From Octopus vulgaris (lineage: Eukaryota): a stretch of DNA of 64,000 nucleotides. The stretch is taken from the NCBI GenBank assembly GCA_951406725.2, contig OX597832.1:38502001-38566000 (forward strand). The letters run 5' to 3'. The position numbers and the translations under genes are program-made. Under the pieces are notes generated by a model that saw only the letters and a list, made by a program, of their open reading frames with translations, was not told where the DNA came from and made no database searches. Positions 1 to 14,583 of the stretch are shown here, piece by piece. How positions within the stretch are numbered: position 1 is the first letter of the stretch; each line of letters opens with the position of its first letter.

Positions 1-148
1 ATTTATATATATATATATGTATATAATATTATATATATATTTATATATATAACATATATGAAGATGTAAATGTATATATCTATGTCTATATCTATCTATC
101 GCTCTCTCACTCTGCCTGTCTGTGTGTCTGTTTGTCTGTCTCTCTCTG

Positions 149-179
<31 letters not shown>

Positions 180-244
180 TTGTGTGTGTGTGTGTGTGTA
201 TGTATATATAATTTATGTATATATATGAAGATCTACATATGTTT

Positions 245-285
<41 letters not shown>

Positions 286-314
286 CGTATTTATATATAT
301 GATGTATACACATA

Positions 315-437
<123 letters not shown>

Positions 438-738
438 GCATGCGTAAGGTGGTATATACTTGTACGTGTATGCTTATATTTACAGTTGTGTAAAATTTAT
501 TATATGATGTTTGCGAAATTTGGAATATGACGTGTTCTTGCCAATATATCGCCATATTGAATCTGTTGAAAGCTATGTTAAAATCTTTTATACTCTGACT
601 TTTGGCCTTTCTAACTTGTCAAAGGTCTCCCGTGTCTTTGTCAAGGCGGCTTATACGGAAGAGAACATATTATCTGAAAATGTATATGAGCATAAATATA
701 AATATAAGCATGGAATACATACATACATGTATACACAC

Positions 739-826
<88 letters not shown>

Positions 827-1031
827 GTATACGTATATAGTATATATCATGTATGTATGTACGTCTGTATATATGCATTAATGTGTGCGCATAGGTTTAA
901 GTTACACATAGCAATTTCAAAACACGATGAGAATGTGTATATATTTGGGTGTACTTGTATATCTCAAAATGCGCGCGCGCACTCTAACACACTCACTCAC
1001 ACACAAACACACAGAGTCGCACACACACACA

Positions 1032-1089
<58 letters not shown>

Positions 1090-1694
1090 TATATATTCAT
1101 AACTGTGCGTCCATGTATAATGATACATATCTAAATACATACATAAATTCATAGATGTAAAGTAAATATATTTCCATACATATGTGTATACATAAACACG
1201 TATATTCATGTGTATATATACATGGATATATGCATGCATGTGTTTATGTATATATATCCATATTTATATAAGTATATATATGTATGTACGTATGTATGTA
1301 TGTATGTATGTATGTATCTATGTATGTACGTACGTATGTATGTATGTATGTATGTATGTATGTATGTATGTATGTATGTATGTATGTATGTATGTATGTA
1401 TGTATCTATGTATGTACGCACGTATGTATGTACGCACGTATGTATGTACGTACGTATGTATGTATGTATGTATATGCAAATATATATGAACATGCACATA
1501 TGTATATAATATACATATCAGCAGGCAACATAAAAAATTTATTTTGTGAAAAAAAATATGTCATATGAATAATATGAATGTAATCACGTACACATGAATA
1601 AGTTTATACTGATGTATATATATATATACAGATATATGTATATGTATATATGTATATATATATGTACATATATATGTATATATATATGTGTATG

Positions 1695-1763
<69 letters not shown>

Positions 1764-1769
1764 ATAATA

Positions 1770-1822
<53 letters not shown>

Positions 1823-1961
1823 TATATGTATATATATATGTATATATATTTTTATAAACATACATAAATACATACATACATATATATATATATGTGTATA
1901 TATTTATGTATGTTTATGAAGATATATATATATATATATATGTATTTATGTATGTTTATCA

Positions 1962-2004
<43 letters not shown>

Positions 2005-2247
2005 TATATGTGAAAGAGAGGTGTAACAGACATAAAGGGAGAGTGAGTGTAGTGCACACTCCTGCACACATGCACACATGCACTCTCACGCATGCGCACC
2101 CCCGCCACGCACTCGTACTAATGTGTACATACTGCTAAATAATTTAGATCTATACAATATATTTGGCAAATACAAAAATAATATTATGCATCACTATTGC
2201 GACATACGGTGTTAAATCATTCTCTATCAGACGCTCCTGTGATCGTG

Positions 2248-2550
2248 CGTGGTGGTGTAGTGGTTAGAGTATTTAGCTCAGGATACTAAGGCCCTATGTT
2301 CGAATCCCGGCGGCGAGTTTTGTCTTTGAACAAGACATTTTATTTGAACTAGCCCCAGTCCAGTCAAACTGCCGAAAATGAGTTTTACTTGTAGATCAAT
2401 GGACCAAAGTTGTCACATTCTAAGCCACGCTGAATCACCCTGAGAAATACCTGGAGTGCTCACCCACCTGTACGTTGATTTTCCGAGCAGGTGTTTCGTT
2501 GATAGGTTCAATTGGAATGCTCGTCGTCGTAAGCGACGGATTACCAGTTT
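2248..2550 (+). mobile_element. tRNA-derived SINE (family D head, distinct tail)
   Basis: Pol III A-box TGGTGTAGTGG (2253-2263) and B-box GTTCGAATCC (2298-2307), followed by a TTGAACAAGACA...CCAGTCCA body. The head is similar to the copy at 51125. It does not close into a complete tRNA. Confidence 0.7.
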
Positions 2551-2626
2551 TGTCAGTCGCTATGACTCTCCCCCTTTCTCCGCCTTTGTGAGCGCATATA
2601 CGTAAACACACACACATAACTCACGG

Positions 2627-2694
<68 letters not shown>

Positions 2695-2782
2695 ATATAT
2701 ATATATAACACGGGGAGATAGATAGACAGATAAATTTACCTGTATATACTCATTGCCACTCAATCCTCCATTGACTCAACAT

Positions 2783-2832
<50 letters not shown>

Positions 2833-3078
2833 CATAGATCCATACATATGTATACATACAAGTATGTATGTATGTATAATGACTACCGGAAACAGGTGTA
2901 AGACAAATTTACTCAAATAAAGAAAAATATATAATGGCCATTATTTATAGCTTATGAATAAATGCACATATATAAAGGTGTGTGTGTGTGTGTGTGTGCG
3001 TGAGCGGGCGTGTGTATGTGTGAGTGTGTGTTAGCGCGCAAATATGCAAATATGTACATATATATATGTGTGTGTGTT

Positions 3079-3121
<43 letters not shown>

Positions 3122-3414
3122 GTATATGTAGCTACCTATGTATCTATTGATCGATTTATATATATATATATACAGAGAGAGGGGTGGAGGGAGAGAGTGG
3201 GTATGAGAAATGGTTTTAGAGGGTGAGAGGAAGAAGGATTGAGAAAAAGGTGAAGACGTACATAACATCATATATACTCACTTAGAGGAAATTTCTCAAC
3301 GAATATTTTACGCTTGATAATTAAAACCGAAAACTACAGAATGACATTGTTCAATGTTTGATCGTTATTTTTATTACGTTTGTAAAGAATATCATTGTGG
3401 ATTGACAAAACCAT

Positions 3415-3600
3415 CAGCGCAGTGGAGAAAGTGTTTTGTGTCCTGTTACTCGCGCCTTTTTGCTTTCTGATTTAGAATCCTGCCGAGGTCAGCTTTGCTT
3501 TGAATTTCTCTGCGATTGATCAAATACTACTTATTGGATAGGGTTCGATATTCTTGACATTCCACCCTCCTTTCAAAACTGGTGATCTGAATTGGAAACA
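3415..3600 (+). mobile_element. Degenerate SINE family A copy
   Basis: TCCTGCCGAGGTCAGCTTTGCTTT matches the family A core TTCCGCCGAGGTCGACTTTGCCTTT at ~13632. Confidence 0.55.
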
Positions 3601-3806
3601 GCTATTAGCATAAGCGCTCTTTTAGAAAGCGCAGATGTGGCACGGTGTTGGTCAGAATCTCGATTCGCAAACACCGGCTTACGAGTTGCTTTCGAAGGCG
3701 CGGCATCTTGTGCCTGTGTCTCTTACAATACGGGGACGGAACAATGTCTGTGGGCGAATTCAGTAGATAGAATCTGTGCGGATATCTATGGTGTGGGTGT
3801 GTTATA

Positions 3807-3968
3807 GTGCAGGCTTGGCTGTGCGGAAAGAGGTTTATTTCCCATGAACCTGGTCTGGGTTCAGTCCGAAAGCGGGGCACTGTGAGCAAATGTTTTCCCC
3901 CTATAACCCCGTGGCGACCAACGACATAAAAGTGGCTTTAGTGGACGGAAACTGGAAGAAGCTTGTCG
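3807..3968 (+). mobile_element. SINE family B, 5' module
   Basis: GCAGGCTTGGCTGTGCGG...GGGTTCAGTCC...GACGGAAACTGGAAGAAGC followed by a (TG)n tract, as in the full copies at 17850 and 25018. Confidence 0.75.
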
Positions 3969-4126
3969 CATATATATGTGCGCCAGTATATGTGTGTCTG
4001 TGTGTGTGTGTGCGTGTGTGTGTGTGTGTGCGTGTGTGTGTGTGTGTGTGCGTGTGTGTGTGTGTGATTTATCTAACTATATCTATCTCGAAAGCCAATA
4101 ATGGAGAATAGAATTATTTCAAATTC

Positions 4127-4157
<31 letters not shown>

Positions 4158-4528
4158 ATAATAGTATTATATGCAAAGTTCAACGAATGTCTGTCTATCC
4201 TGCTATCGCGCTATTTACCCCCACCCCTGTTCTTCCATATTTTTATCTACAAACTCACCTCTTTAAATTCCTCCCTCTCTACCGGCCGACACTATTACCT
4301 ATGTTAGATTCTCACACGTCTGCCTTTCTGTCTCTCTATTTCTCAACCTATATGCATACACACACGCACACACACAAACAGTCACACACACACACCACAT
4401 ACACAAGCATACATCCATCCATCCATACATACATACATACATACACACAAATACACACATATATATATACATATGTAAAGTGACATATACATATATAGAT
4501 ATATTGATAGATATATAATACATATATA

Positions 4529-4588
<60 letters not shown>

Positions 4589-4686
4589 TTAAATGCCGTC
4601 TTCAAGAACTTTCTCAGTCAAACTATTTATCTCTCTACTTGTCTGTGCATCTGCCGCTATATATCTATCTAGCTAGCTAGCTATCG

Positions 4687-4764
<78 letters not shown>

Positions 4765-4765
4765 A

Positions 4766-4808
<43 letters not shown>

Positions 4809-4813
4809 GTTTG

Positions 4814-4879
<66 letters not shown>

Positions 4880-5926
4880 CGTCCATCTGTTTGTCTGTCT
4901 GTCTATGATATATCTACCTATACATACGTATACCAGACTTCTCTCTAAAATAACCTTTCACAACAATACATCAGGTGATACATTCACAAAACTAATTGCT
5001 TTATACAAATATGTTCGTTAAATTTTCTAAATATTTTAATCTCAACAAGAGAAGAAGAAAAAATTTAAAAGAAACAGAAAGAAAGAACAGAGAATCTACT
5101 CTGAGGTCATGTTTCTATAGTTGTCTTCGTATGAATAGTTTTAATGTATCAATACAAAATATGAGTAGGGGGAAAAAATATTTCATATATACATGTATAC
5201 AAAGGTAGGTGAATAATCCGCGAGGTGTTCGTAAAGCGTGTATATATGAGCAAATGTATATCTGTTTATACACGGACATACATACAGGCTTTCATAACAT
5301 GTATGTATATGTGTAAGTGTCTACATATATATATAGTTATAGAAATATAAATGTATGTATGCATGTATGTATGTTTTTGCTCGTGGGTATATTTCTGTTT
5401 CATATTTAGCATTTTATATAGACGTATAATGTATATCAATATATTACACAGTTAGATGTGCCTAAAACAATGTCCCTATATATATATATATATATATATA
5501 TATGAATATACATACATATGTGTGTATATATATATGTATATACACATATATATATGTGTGTGTGTGTATATATGTATATATATTTATATATTTATATATG
5601 TATGTATATGTCTATATATATATATATAGATGCGTGTGTATATATTTATATGTATATGCATATGTGGGTATATATATATGTGTGTGTGTGTAGGTGTGTG
5701 TGCTTATACATTATGCACATAGCAACATGCAGGTAAAAATTATTTGTTTGTTTTGTATATCGAGAATAATGTGTATATGTGTGTACGTGTGTGTGTGTAT
5801 GTGTGTACATACGTACGTAAGTAGGTATGTACCTGCATCAAATATATGTTTGTACGCATATGAAAGTAACTTTACATAACCAGGTAGATTAAATATATAT
5901 ATATGTATATATATATAAATAAATAT

Positions 5927-5982
<56 letters not shown>

Positions 5983-6121
5983 GTGAGTCTATATGTTTAT
6001 GCTATATAATTGACACTAAACATTTCTCCTGCGCCGACGATGTAAACTTAACTGCTGTTGCATTTATTTCGCCTCTTACAATGCACTGTCTTACCAATGA
6101 CTCAGTGCGTGTATATGTATG

Positions 6122-6274
<153 letters not shown>

Positions 6275-6405
6275 AATATATATATGCATATATATTGACA
6301 TATATATATTTCCATGCACACACATATACACATATATATATACATATGCATACACATAGTGATATATAGCTATATGTAGCTGTATATATGTGCATGTAAG
6401 TGTGC

Positions 6406-6441
<36 letters not shown>

Positions 6442-6614
6442 ACACACAGACACACACCCGCGCCCGCGCGCTACCTTGTGATTAGTGCAACAGAAAATAA
6501 TGAGGCCATTATTCTCGAGATATGAAAAAAGGAAATGAAATCGAACAGACGCATTATTGTGTGTGTGAGTGAGGCGGTGCATGTGTGCATATGTGAGCGC
6601 CTGAATGTGTATCA

Positions 6615-6648
<34 letters not shown>

Positions 6649-6781
6649 ATACATGCATGTATGTATATATATATATGCATGTATGTATGGGAATGTATAC
6701 ATATATGGACATATGATAAATATTTATGCACAGACAGATATATATCTATATATGTATAAATACATACATACGTATGCATAT

Positions 6782-6838
<57 letters not shown>

Positions 6839-6863
6839 TTACACATATATACATATATACTTA

Positions 6864-6900
<37 letters not shown>

Positions 6901-7677
6901 GTATATAAACACAACTATATGTCTGTTTAGGCATCTATGTTTAAATCTACGTATCTCTGTCTCTTTATCTCTCTATCTTCCTGTATTTGTCTCTATTTTT
7001 CTACCTGTCTTTCCGTACATATATGTACATATATATACATACATACATATATATATATATATACCCACATACAAACATGTGAACAAGTCTGTCTGTATAA
7101 ATGTAAGCATATGGTTATCTTTGTATATATATAATGCATATATGTGTGTTAGTGTCTCTATCCATGCATGTATACATACTTGCACCCTCATTCACGGGAA
7201 AATGTTGGTTCGTTATAGTCAATTTGGCTATGAATCATATTTAATATAATGTACAAAATACAATGATTTTTACGATAAAGCTGATATAGATACACATTCA
7301 TAGAATCGTACACATTGACGCATAAACTTTCCCCCACACATATCTACGAAATATCTCACATGGATGTATAAATACGCAGACAATATATAAAATTTTGATA
7401 CCGTGGTTTTCGCTTCATGTTGCCTATAAATTTTTTTTCTTGCCACGCCAGGCATTACATCGGCAAAAATTACTAACTGTTCACAGACTATTTTTCCTGC
7501 AGTATATACACCCTCGAACAAAGATATACATAGTTTGTTACGTCGATCCATAAGTCCTTCCATTCATCCATCCATCCATCCATAAATCCATCCATAAATC
7601 CATCCATCCATCTATCCATCCATCCATACATGCAAAAATACTCCATTTCATCAAACCTAGCAAAAATATACAAATCT

Positions 7678-7905
7678 GATCTTTTATCTTTTGCATGCTG
7701 TTGTCATAGGCTGCGGCCAAGTTGGAGCACCACTTTGAAAGGTTTTATTCGAAAATATCGACCCTGGTACTTATTGCTTTTTAAAAAAAAATTGGTATCT
7801 ATTTTATAGCTCTATTATACCGCATCGCTATATTACGTGGCCATAAACAAACCAACAGCGGTTGTCAGGTGGTGGTAAGAGTACAAATACAACGAAATAC
7901 ACACA
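7678..7905 (-). mobile_element. SINE family B, 3' module only (tandem with the next copy)
   Basis: Reverse complement of the GGTGCTCCA-CATGGCCGCAG and GACAACCG motifs of family B. Confidence 0.7.
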
Positions 7906-7949
7906 CACACAGACACACACACACACACACACACACAATGTATCGTATT

Positions 7950-8177
7950 CTTCCCTTTAATCGTTTACTTGTTTCAGTCATTTCACAGCGGCTATGCTGG
8001 AGCATCGCTTTTAGTCGGACAAATCAACTCCAGCACTTACTGTTTGTAAGCTTAGTACTTATTCTATCGGTCCATTTTGCCGAACCGCTAAGTTACTGGG
8101 AAGTAAACACACCAGCATCGGTTGTCATGCGATTGCCGTGGGGACAAACACAGACATATATATACATACATACATTA

Positions 8178-8255
<78 letters not shown>

Positions 8256-8410
8256 TATACGACAGGCTTCTTTCGATTTCCGTCTACCAAACCTACTCTT
8301 GATTGGCCTGAGGCTATGGTAGAAGACTGTTGCCCAAGGTGCAACGAAGTGAGACTGAACTCGGGACTTTTTGTTTAGGAAGCATGCTTCTTACCACTCA
8401 GCCACTCCTG
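7950..8410 (-). mobile_element. SINE family B, full length, with internal TA/TG microsatellite
   Basis: The minus strand begins CAGGAGTGGCTGAGTGGTAAGAAGC (A-box) and has a GAGTTCAGTC B-box-like motif and CCTTGGGCAA. An internal (TA)n/(TG)n tract precedes the 3' module. Confidence 0.85.
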
Positions 8411-9107
8411 TATATATATGTATGTATATCTACACACACGTGCCGTTGAAATGCGGTGACGGCGGCGGCGGCGGATATAATTGCGATGACTTTTAGCGAC
8501 AGAGTGATGATAACGTTGATATGATAATAGTGTTTGTGAGTGAGTGAGAGTGGTGATGGTGGTCCAGTGTTGGTGGTAGTTGTCTTATATATTGCCTTTC
8601 CATGTATTGTTGTATGGTGTTGTACTTGTTGTTGTTGCGGTATTGCTGTGTTTGTTGTTATTGTTATAGGCGTTGTTGCATGTTTTGTTGTATTTTATTA
8701 TCGTTGTTGTTATTGTTGTATGCGTGATTGTTGTGGTGGTTGCTGTTCTTCTCGTTGTTGTTGTTGTTGCTATATGTGTTGTGGCTGCATGCATTGTATA
8801 GATGCTGAGCGTGTATAGCAAAGTAGCACGGTCGCTTGAAAGGCTGAAGATGAAAAGTTAAAGATGGCAGCCGAGACAAAAAGAGGAATATGTCGCCTCG
8901 AGTACCGGAAGCTGCGGAAAATGTAAAGAAAATGGCACAGAATAGAGAGAGGAAAGAGAATTCTAGAGTGGAGTGTTGGATATGGTAACTTAGACCTGGT
9001 CTTAGGCTGATCTAGAAATAGAGGGAAAAATAACAGGGTTTGATAGGTGGAGACAGAGAGATGGACAGTCAGAGAGACATGTAGAGAGGGAAACCGGGAG
9101 ATACGGC

Positions 9108-9153
<46 letters not shown>

Positions 9154-9432
9154 GACAGAGACAGACAGAGACAGAGAAAGAAAGAAAGTAAGTAAGAAAG
9201 AAAGATTTGATATAAAACTAGAGAAAACTAGAGTGGAAGGAAATCTAGAGTCGTAGATGCTGAAATGAAAACATAGACGGATTATATATATATATATATA
9301 TATATGTTTGTGTGTATATGTTTGTGTGTATATGTTTGTGTGTATATGTGCGTGTGTGTGTGTGTGTATGCGGCTACTTAAACAGACATACTGGTAGATA
9401 GATAGATAGATAGATTGATAGATAGATAGATT

Positions 9433-9523
<91 letters not shown>

Positions 9524-9598
9524 GTTCAGTATCTGAAGGTTTAAGAAAGGTACGTGTGTGCATATGTGCGTATATGTGCGCGCGCGTGAGCGCCTGTA

Positions 9599-9665
<67 letters not shown>

Positions 9666-10724
9666 TAGACAGACAGAAAGACGGTCAGACAAACAAAGAG
9701 CGAAAGATGAGGAAAGAGAAATTATGAAGATATGAGAGGGAAGGTGATTGATTTTAAAGAAAGAGAGTGAAATAAGGAGTGTGATTGACGTAGAGTGGAG
9801 AATTTTAACGAAAAGGTTAGAGTTGTTTAATAATGAGAGGGTAAAAACAGACGACATGGTGAGAGAGATCGAAAAAGAGGGAGTAAGCGTGAGGGAAAAG
9901 GGTAAACTGAGAGAGAGAGAGGGAGACAGAAAGACCGAGAGACAGCGAGGAAGATCTTGTGGAGAGTCAAAGGGTATAAGAAAGAGGTGGTGGCAGAGAG
10001 GAGAGGAAGACGTATTATCTAGGAGAATACCTGTAGGGTAAGATGCAGACGATAGAATGGGTAGATGCAGACGATAGAATGTTTGGATTAGTGTGTGTGT
10101 GTGTATGTGTGTGCGAAGGAGGTCGGTTATGTAAGGTGAGGCAGTAGGTGGAGTGAATGAAGCAAAGGGAAATAGAGGGAGTGTATGATTTGGGGAAGAG
10201 AATAAGGGAGAGAGTGTGCGAGAAAAGGAGGAGAGTGTGTATGCTTATTAGTGAGATAGATAGAGATGGTGTATGTATGTGTTTGATGGTGTGTGTTTGT
10301 GTGTGAGAGAGAGAGAGAGAAAGAGAGAGAGAATAGTGAAATAGAGAATGCATATGGCAATGATAGAGCTAAAGTTATGATTGAAATAAAGTGAGAGAGA
10401 GAGAGAGAGAAAGAGAGAGATTGAGAGAGAATGAGAAAGAAGAGAGTAGGTATGAGCGTTTGAAAGAGAGAGAATAAAACGAGAATTGTTCGTGTGGGTG
10501 TGTGAGTGTCTATGGTGGGGGAGGAGGAGAGAGAAAGAATGAGTGTGAGTGTATGAGCATGTATTGAAAAGATTAGAGGGCAGGGTCAACTCAATACCTG
10601 CAGGGTAAAAGTTGACGTGGGTGGGAGAGAGAATGTGAGAGAGAGTGGAGGAAAAGAGAGAGAGAGAGTAAGAGTGAGAGAAAGAAGGAAAAAATGAGAG
10701 AGAAAGCGACACATGAAGACAAGC

Positions 10725-10809
<85 letters not shown>

Positions 10810-10812
10810 TAG

Positions 10813-10909
<97 letters not shown>

Positions 10910-12335
10910 TGGAAAGGGATTTGACGTGTAAATGAATAAACTGGAGTGTAAGAGCAGACAATACAGAGAGGATGTTGGTGAGGTGGGGGTAGAAGGAAAG
11001 AATAAAAAGAGAGGGGAAATGAATGGGGAGAGCGATGGGTAGCGCTGGTGAGTGACGTAAGGTGTACCTGAATAGCTCGAGAGCAAGAGTAGAAGAGAAA
11101 AAATAAAGAGAAATAGAGGAAATGGCAGTGGGGAAAATTGTGTAAGAAGGAGTGATAAAGAGAGTAGAGGTTACGTAGGTAAGAAATGTTACGTGTAACT
11201 GAAGAGCTCGAGGGTAAAAGCAGACGAAAGGGTGAGGGAATGTTAGAAAAGAGACGGTGATATAGAAGTAGGAAGGGGGATGTGAGGGAGAAAGGGAGCG
11301 GGAAAAGGAAAGATGAAAAAGAAGGAGAGAGGTAAGAAAAGGTGGCTGTGTGTGTGCAGGAGAAAGAGAGAGGGCGAGAAAGAGAGAACGAGGGAGAGGG
11401 AGAGAGAAAGAGAGAGTTATTGACTAATAAAGCAGACGATATTTGAAGACAAGAGGAGGGAGAGGTAGATTGAAGGCTGACAGAGAGAGAGAGGGTAGAT
11501 GGGGATGGGAAAAGATTGAATGAAAAACTGAGAGAGAGAAAATAAAGGGATAGAATACGCGATTTATCTTGGTTCAAGGGTCAAGCTGGAACTGAGAGAA
11601 TGTAGGGTGAAGGAGAAGAAGGAAAGTGAACGAAAAGTAAAGTAATACCTACAAGATAAAAAGGGACCATTTTGGAAAGGGACAAAAGGGATACAGACAG
11701 ACAGACAGACAGGGAAAGGCGATGCAGAGAGAGAGAGAGAAAAAGAGACAAGGAAGGGAGCTGAAAATGGCGGTCAAGGGCAGCTCAACTCCTGGAGGAT
11801 AAATACCGCAAAATAGTGAAAGAGTGGGTGAGTGTATACATGAGTGTGTGGGGGGTGGGCAAATTTGACAAGGCACCTGAGTGAAGGGTGTGAGTGTTGG
11901 TGTATAATGTGAATGAGTGAGGGATTATGTGAGTGCGAGAAAAAGTGAGGCAGGTCGTTAGCTATGAAGTAGACTTGATCCGTTATGATCCCTTGACAAT
12001 TGGGCGCATTTAACGAAATTTACTGTTGCAATAAAATTCAGGACCTGAACTTTTCTGCGGAGTTCATGTCCCCTTCTTCGTCTCACTAGTCATGAATTCC
12101 CTGAAATATGTCATCGGCGTGACCCTTCCTCCTTCGACTAAGAAGCATCCATCATTAATAGTGAGTAATTTGTGGTCTTAGAGCGATAACTCTGTTTGTA
12201 GCAAACGGTGTTCTAATATCTTACTGAATTTTGTTTCTATTTTTTACCTATAAAGGTATAAACTTCCCAGTCACTTTACGATTATCATTATTATTATTAA
12301 TAATGGTAATGATACCTTATTTAAATTTATACATA

Positions 12336-12369
<34 letters not shown>

Positions 12370-12629
12370 CATACATACATACATATATACATACATATAT
12401 ACATATATACATACATATATATATATATGTATATATGTATGTATATATGTATATATGTATGTATATATATATATATACATATATACATATATGTGTGTAT
12501 AAAGCCAGTGAGAAAGAGGAAATTTGCTACAGATAACTATTTTCCCTTCCATATAACTCTACAACACCTTCTCCCTTTCTCCCTTTCTTTCTCTCTCTTT
12601 CTCTCTTTGCCTTCCTCTAAAGCTACACA

Positions 12630-12680
<51 letters not shown>

Positions 12681-13071
12681 GTGTCTCTGTTCTCCGTCTC
12701 TTGACGCGTCATCTTAACAGGAAAGTGTCGTTTTGTCCAGACTCTTAATCTCTCCAATCATCACAATAGCTGCCATTCACTAAAACAGAGCAACACTCAG
12801 AAATGTGTTCCCTAAACTTTAAACACTCTTCGTCTTTGACCTTCACCTTCACTCTGATCCCTGCTGACCTTCACTCACACTCATCTCGCTGGCGAAATAC
12901 TTGCACGTGCCACATGAATGGCTTTTCGATAACTGTAATCTTATCGCCTGCATCGATAGACGGGCTTCTGATTGACGGCCACTCGCCACTCTTCGCTCTT
13001 TTCTCTTCTTTTCTGCTCTTCAGTCTCCTTCCCTTCATCCTCTTTCACCCCTTTCACTCGCTCATTCACTC

Positions 13072-13074
<3 letters not shown>

Positions 13075-13102
<28 letters not shown>

Positions 13103-13213
13103 CTTCTTCTTCTTCTTCTTCTTCTTCTTCTTCTTCTTCTTCTTCTTCTTCTTCTTCTTCTTCTTCTTCTTCTTCTTCTTCTTCTTCTTCTTCTTCTTCT
13201 TCTTCTTCTTCTT

Positions 13214-13251
<38 letters not shown>

Positions 13252-13258
13252 GCTACTG
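13075..13258. repeat. (CTT)n followed by (CTA)n microsatellite
   Basis: Directly visible; source of the poly-L/F/E ORFs. Confidence 0.95.
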
Positions 13259-13550
13259 CCTTCCTAGATACAGGCTGGCGCAAAGATGTGCACGTCCTAA
13301 TTAGGGAATGGTCAGTGCGGCCGTCTACGCTACAAAAGCTAAAGATTGATGTTTTTTGCTTCCTTAAAATCAAATGAATGATCATTAGCTTAGCCATACC
13401 TTATGGAGCATCAAGGGTTTAAGAGTAGCTCAGATGGTGATGGTAAACTGTCATATAGCTGACTCACAGATAGTGACATTCATAGTGGTTGTATTAGTGG
13501 TGTTGGTGTTGATGGCGGTGGAGGTTGTAGTTGTAGTAGTATTAATGTCA

Positions 13551-13783
13551 AGGCGGCAAGCTGGCAGAGTCGTTAGCACGCCAGGCGAAATGTCTAGCGG
13601 TATTTCGTCTGCCGCAACGTTCTGAGTTCAAATTCCGCCGAGGTCGACTTTGCCTTTCATTCTTTCGGGGTCGATTAAATAAGTACCAGTTACGCACTGG
13701 GGTCGAAGTAATCGACTTAATCCGTTTGTGTGTCCTTGTTTGTCCCCTCTGTGTTTAGCCCCTTGTGGGTAGTAAAGAAATAG
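13551..13783 (+). mobile_element. SINE family A, full length, with probable TSD
   Basis: AGGCGGCAAGCTGGCAGAGTCGTTAGCACGCC head, GAGTTCAAATTCC B-box, CCTTTCATTCTTTCGGGGTCGAT core and GGGTAGTAAAGAAATAG end. Flanked by GTATTAATGT (13539-13548) and GTATCAATGT (13784-13793). Confidence 0.9.
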
Positions 13784-14119
13784 GTATCAATGTTTGTGGT
13801 GATGATGTGGTACAAGTGATGTAAGTGATGGTGGCGACGAGGGCGGAGGTGATGAGGGTGGCGGTGGCATTGGTGGTGGTATTGGTGGTGGTGGTTGTCG
13901 TCGTCGTAGCAATGTGGGAGGGATGGTTTAGGCGGTACCAGAAATGGTAGTGAAGTTGGGAAATTGACGGCAATAACAATGGAAGGAAGAGCCCAAAGAT
14001 ATCATCCGACATTAAACCTGACACAATAACACAGACGCAGGGAAATACTGCAACAACAAAATCAACATCATCATCAGCAACAACAACAACAACTACTACT
14101 ACAACGACGACAACAACAA

Positions 14120-14583
<464 letters not shown>

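Noticed and set aside
2248-2320. Possible tRNA gene
   Set aside because: A and B boxes are present, but there is no proper acceptor stem or anticodon arm and it continues into a SINE body.
7280-7506. Possible Tc1-like TIR at the right end (CTATTTTTCCTGCAGTATA)
   Set aside because: No partner TIR or transposase motif found.
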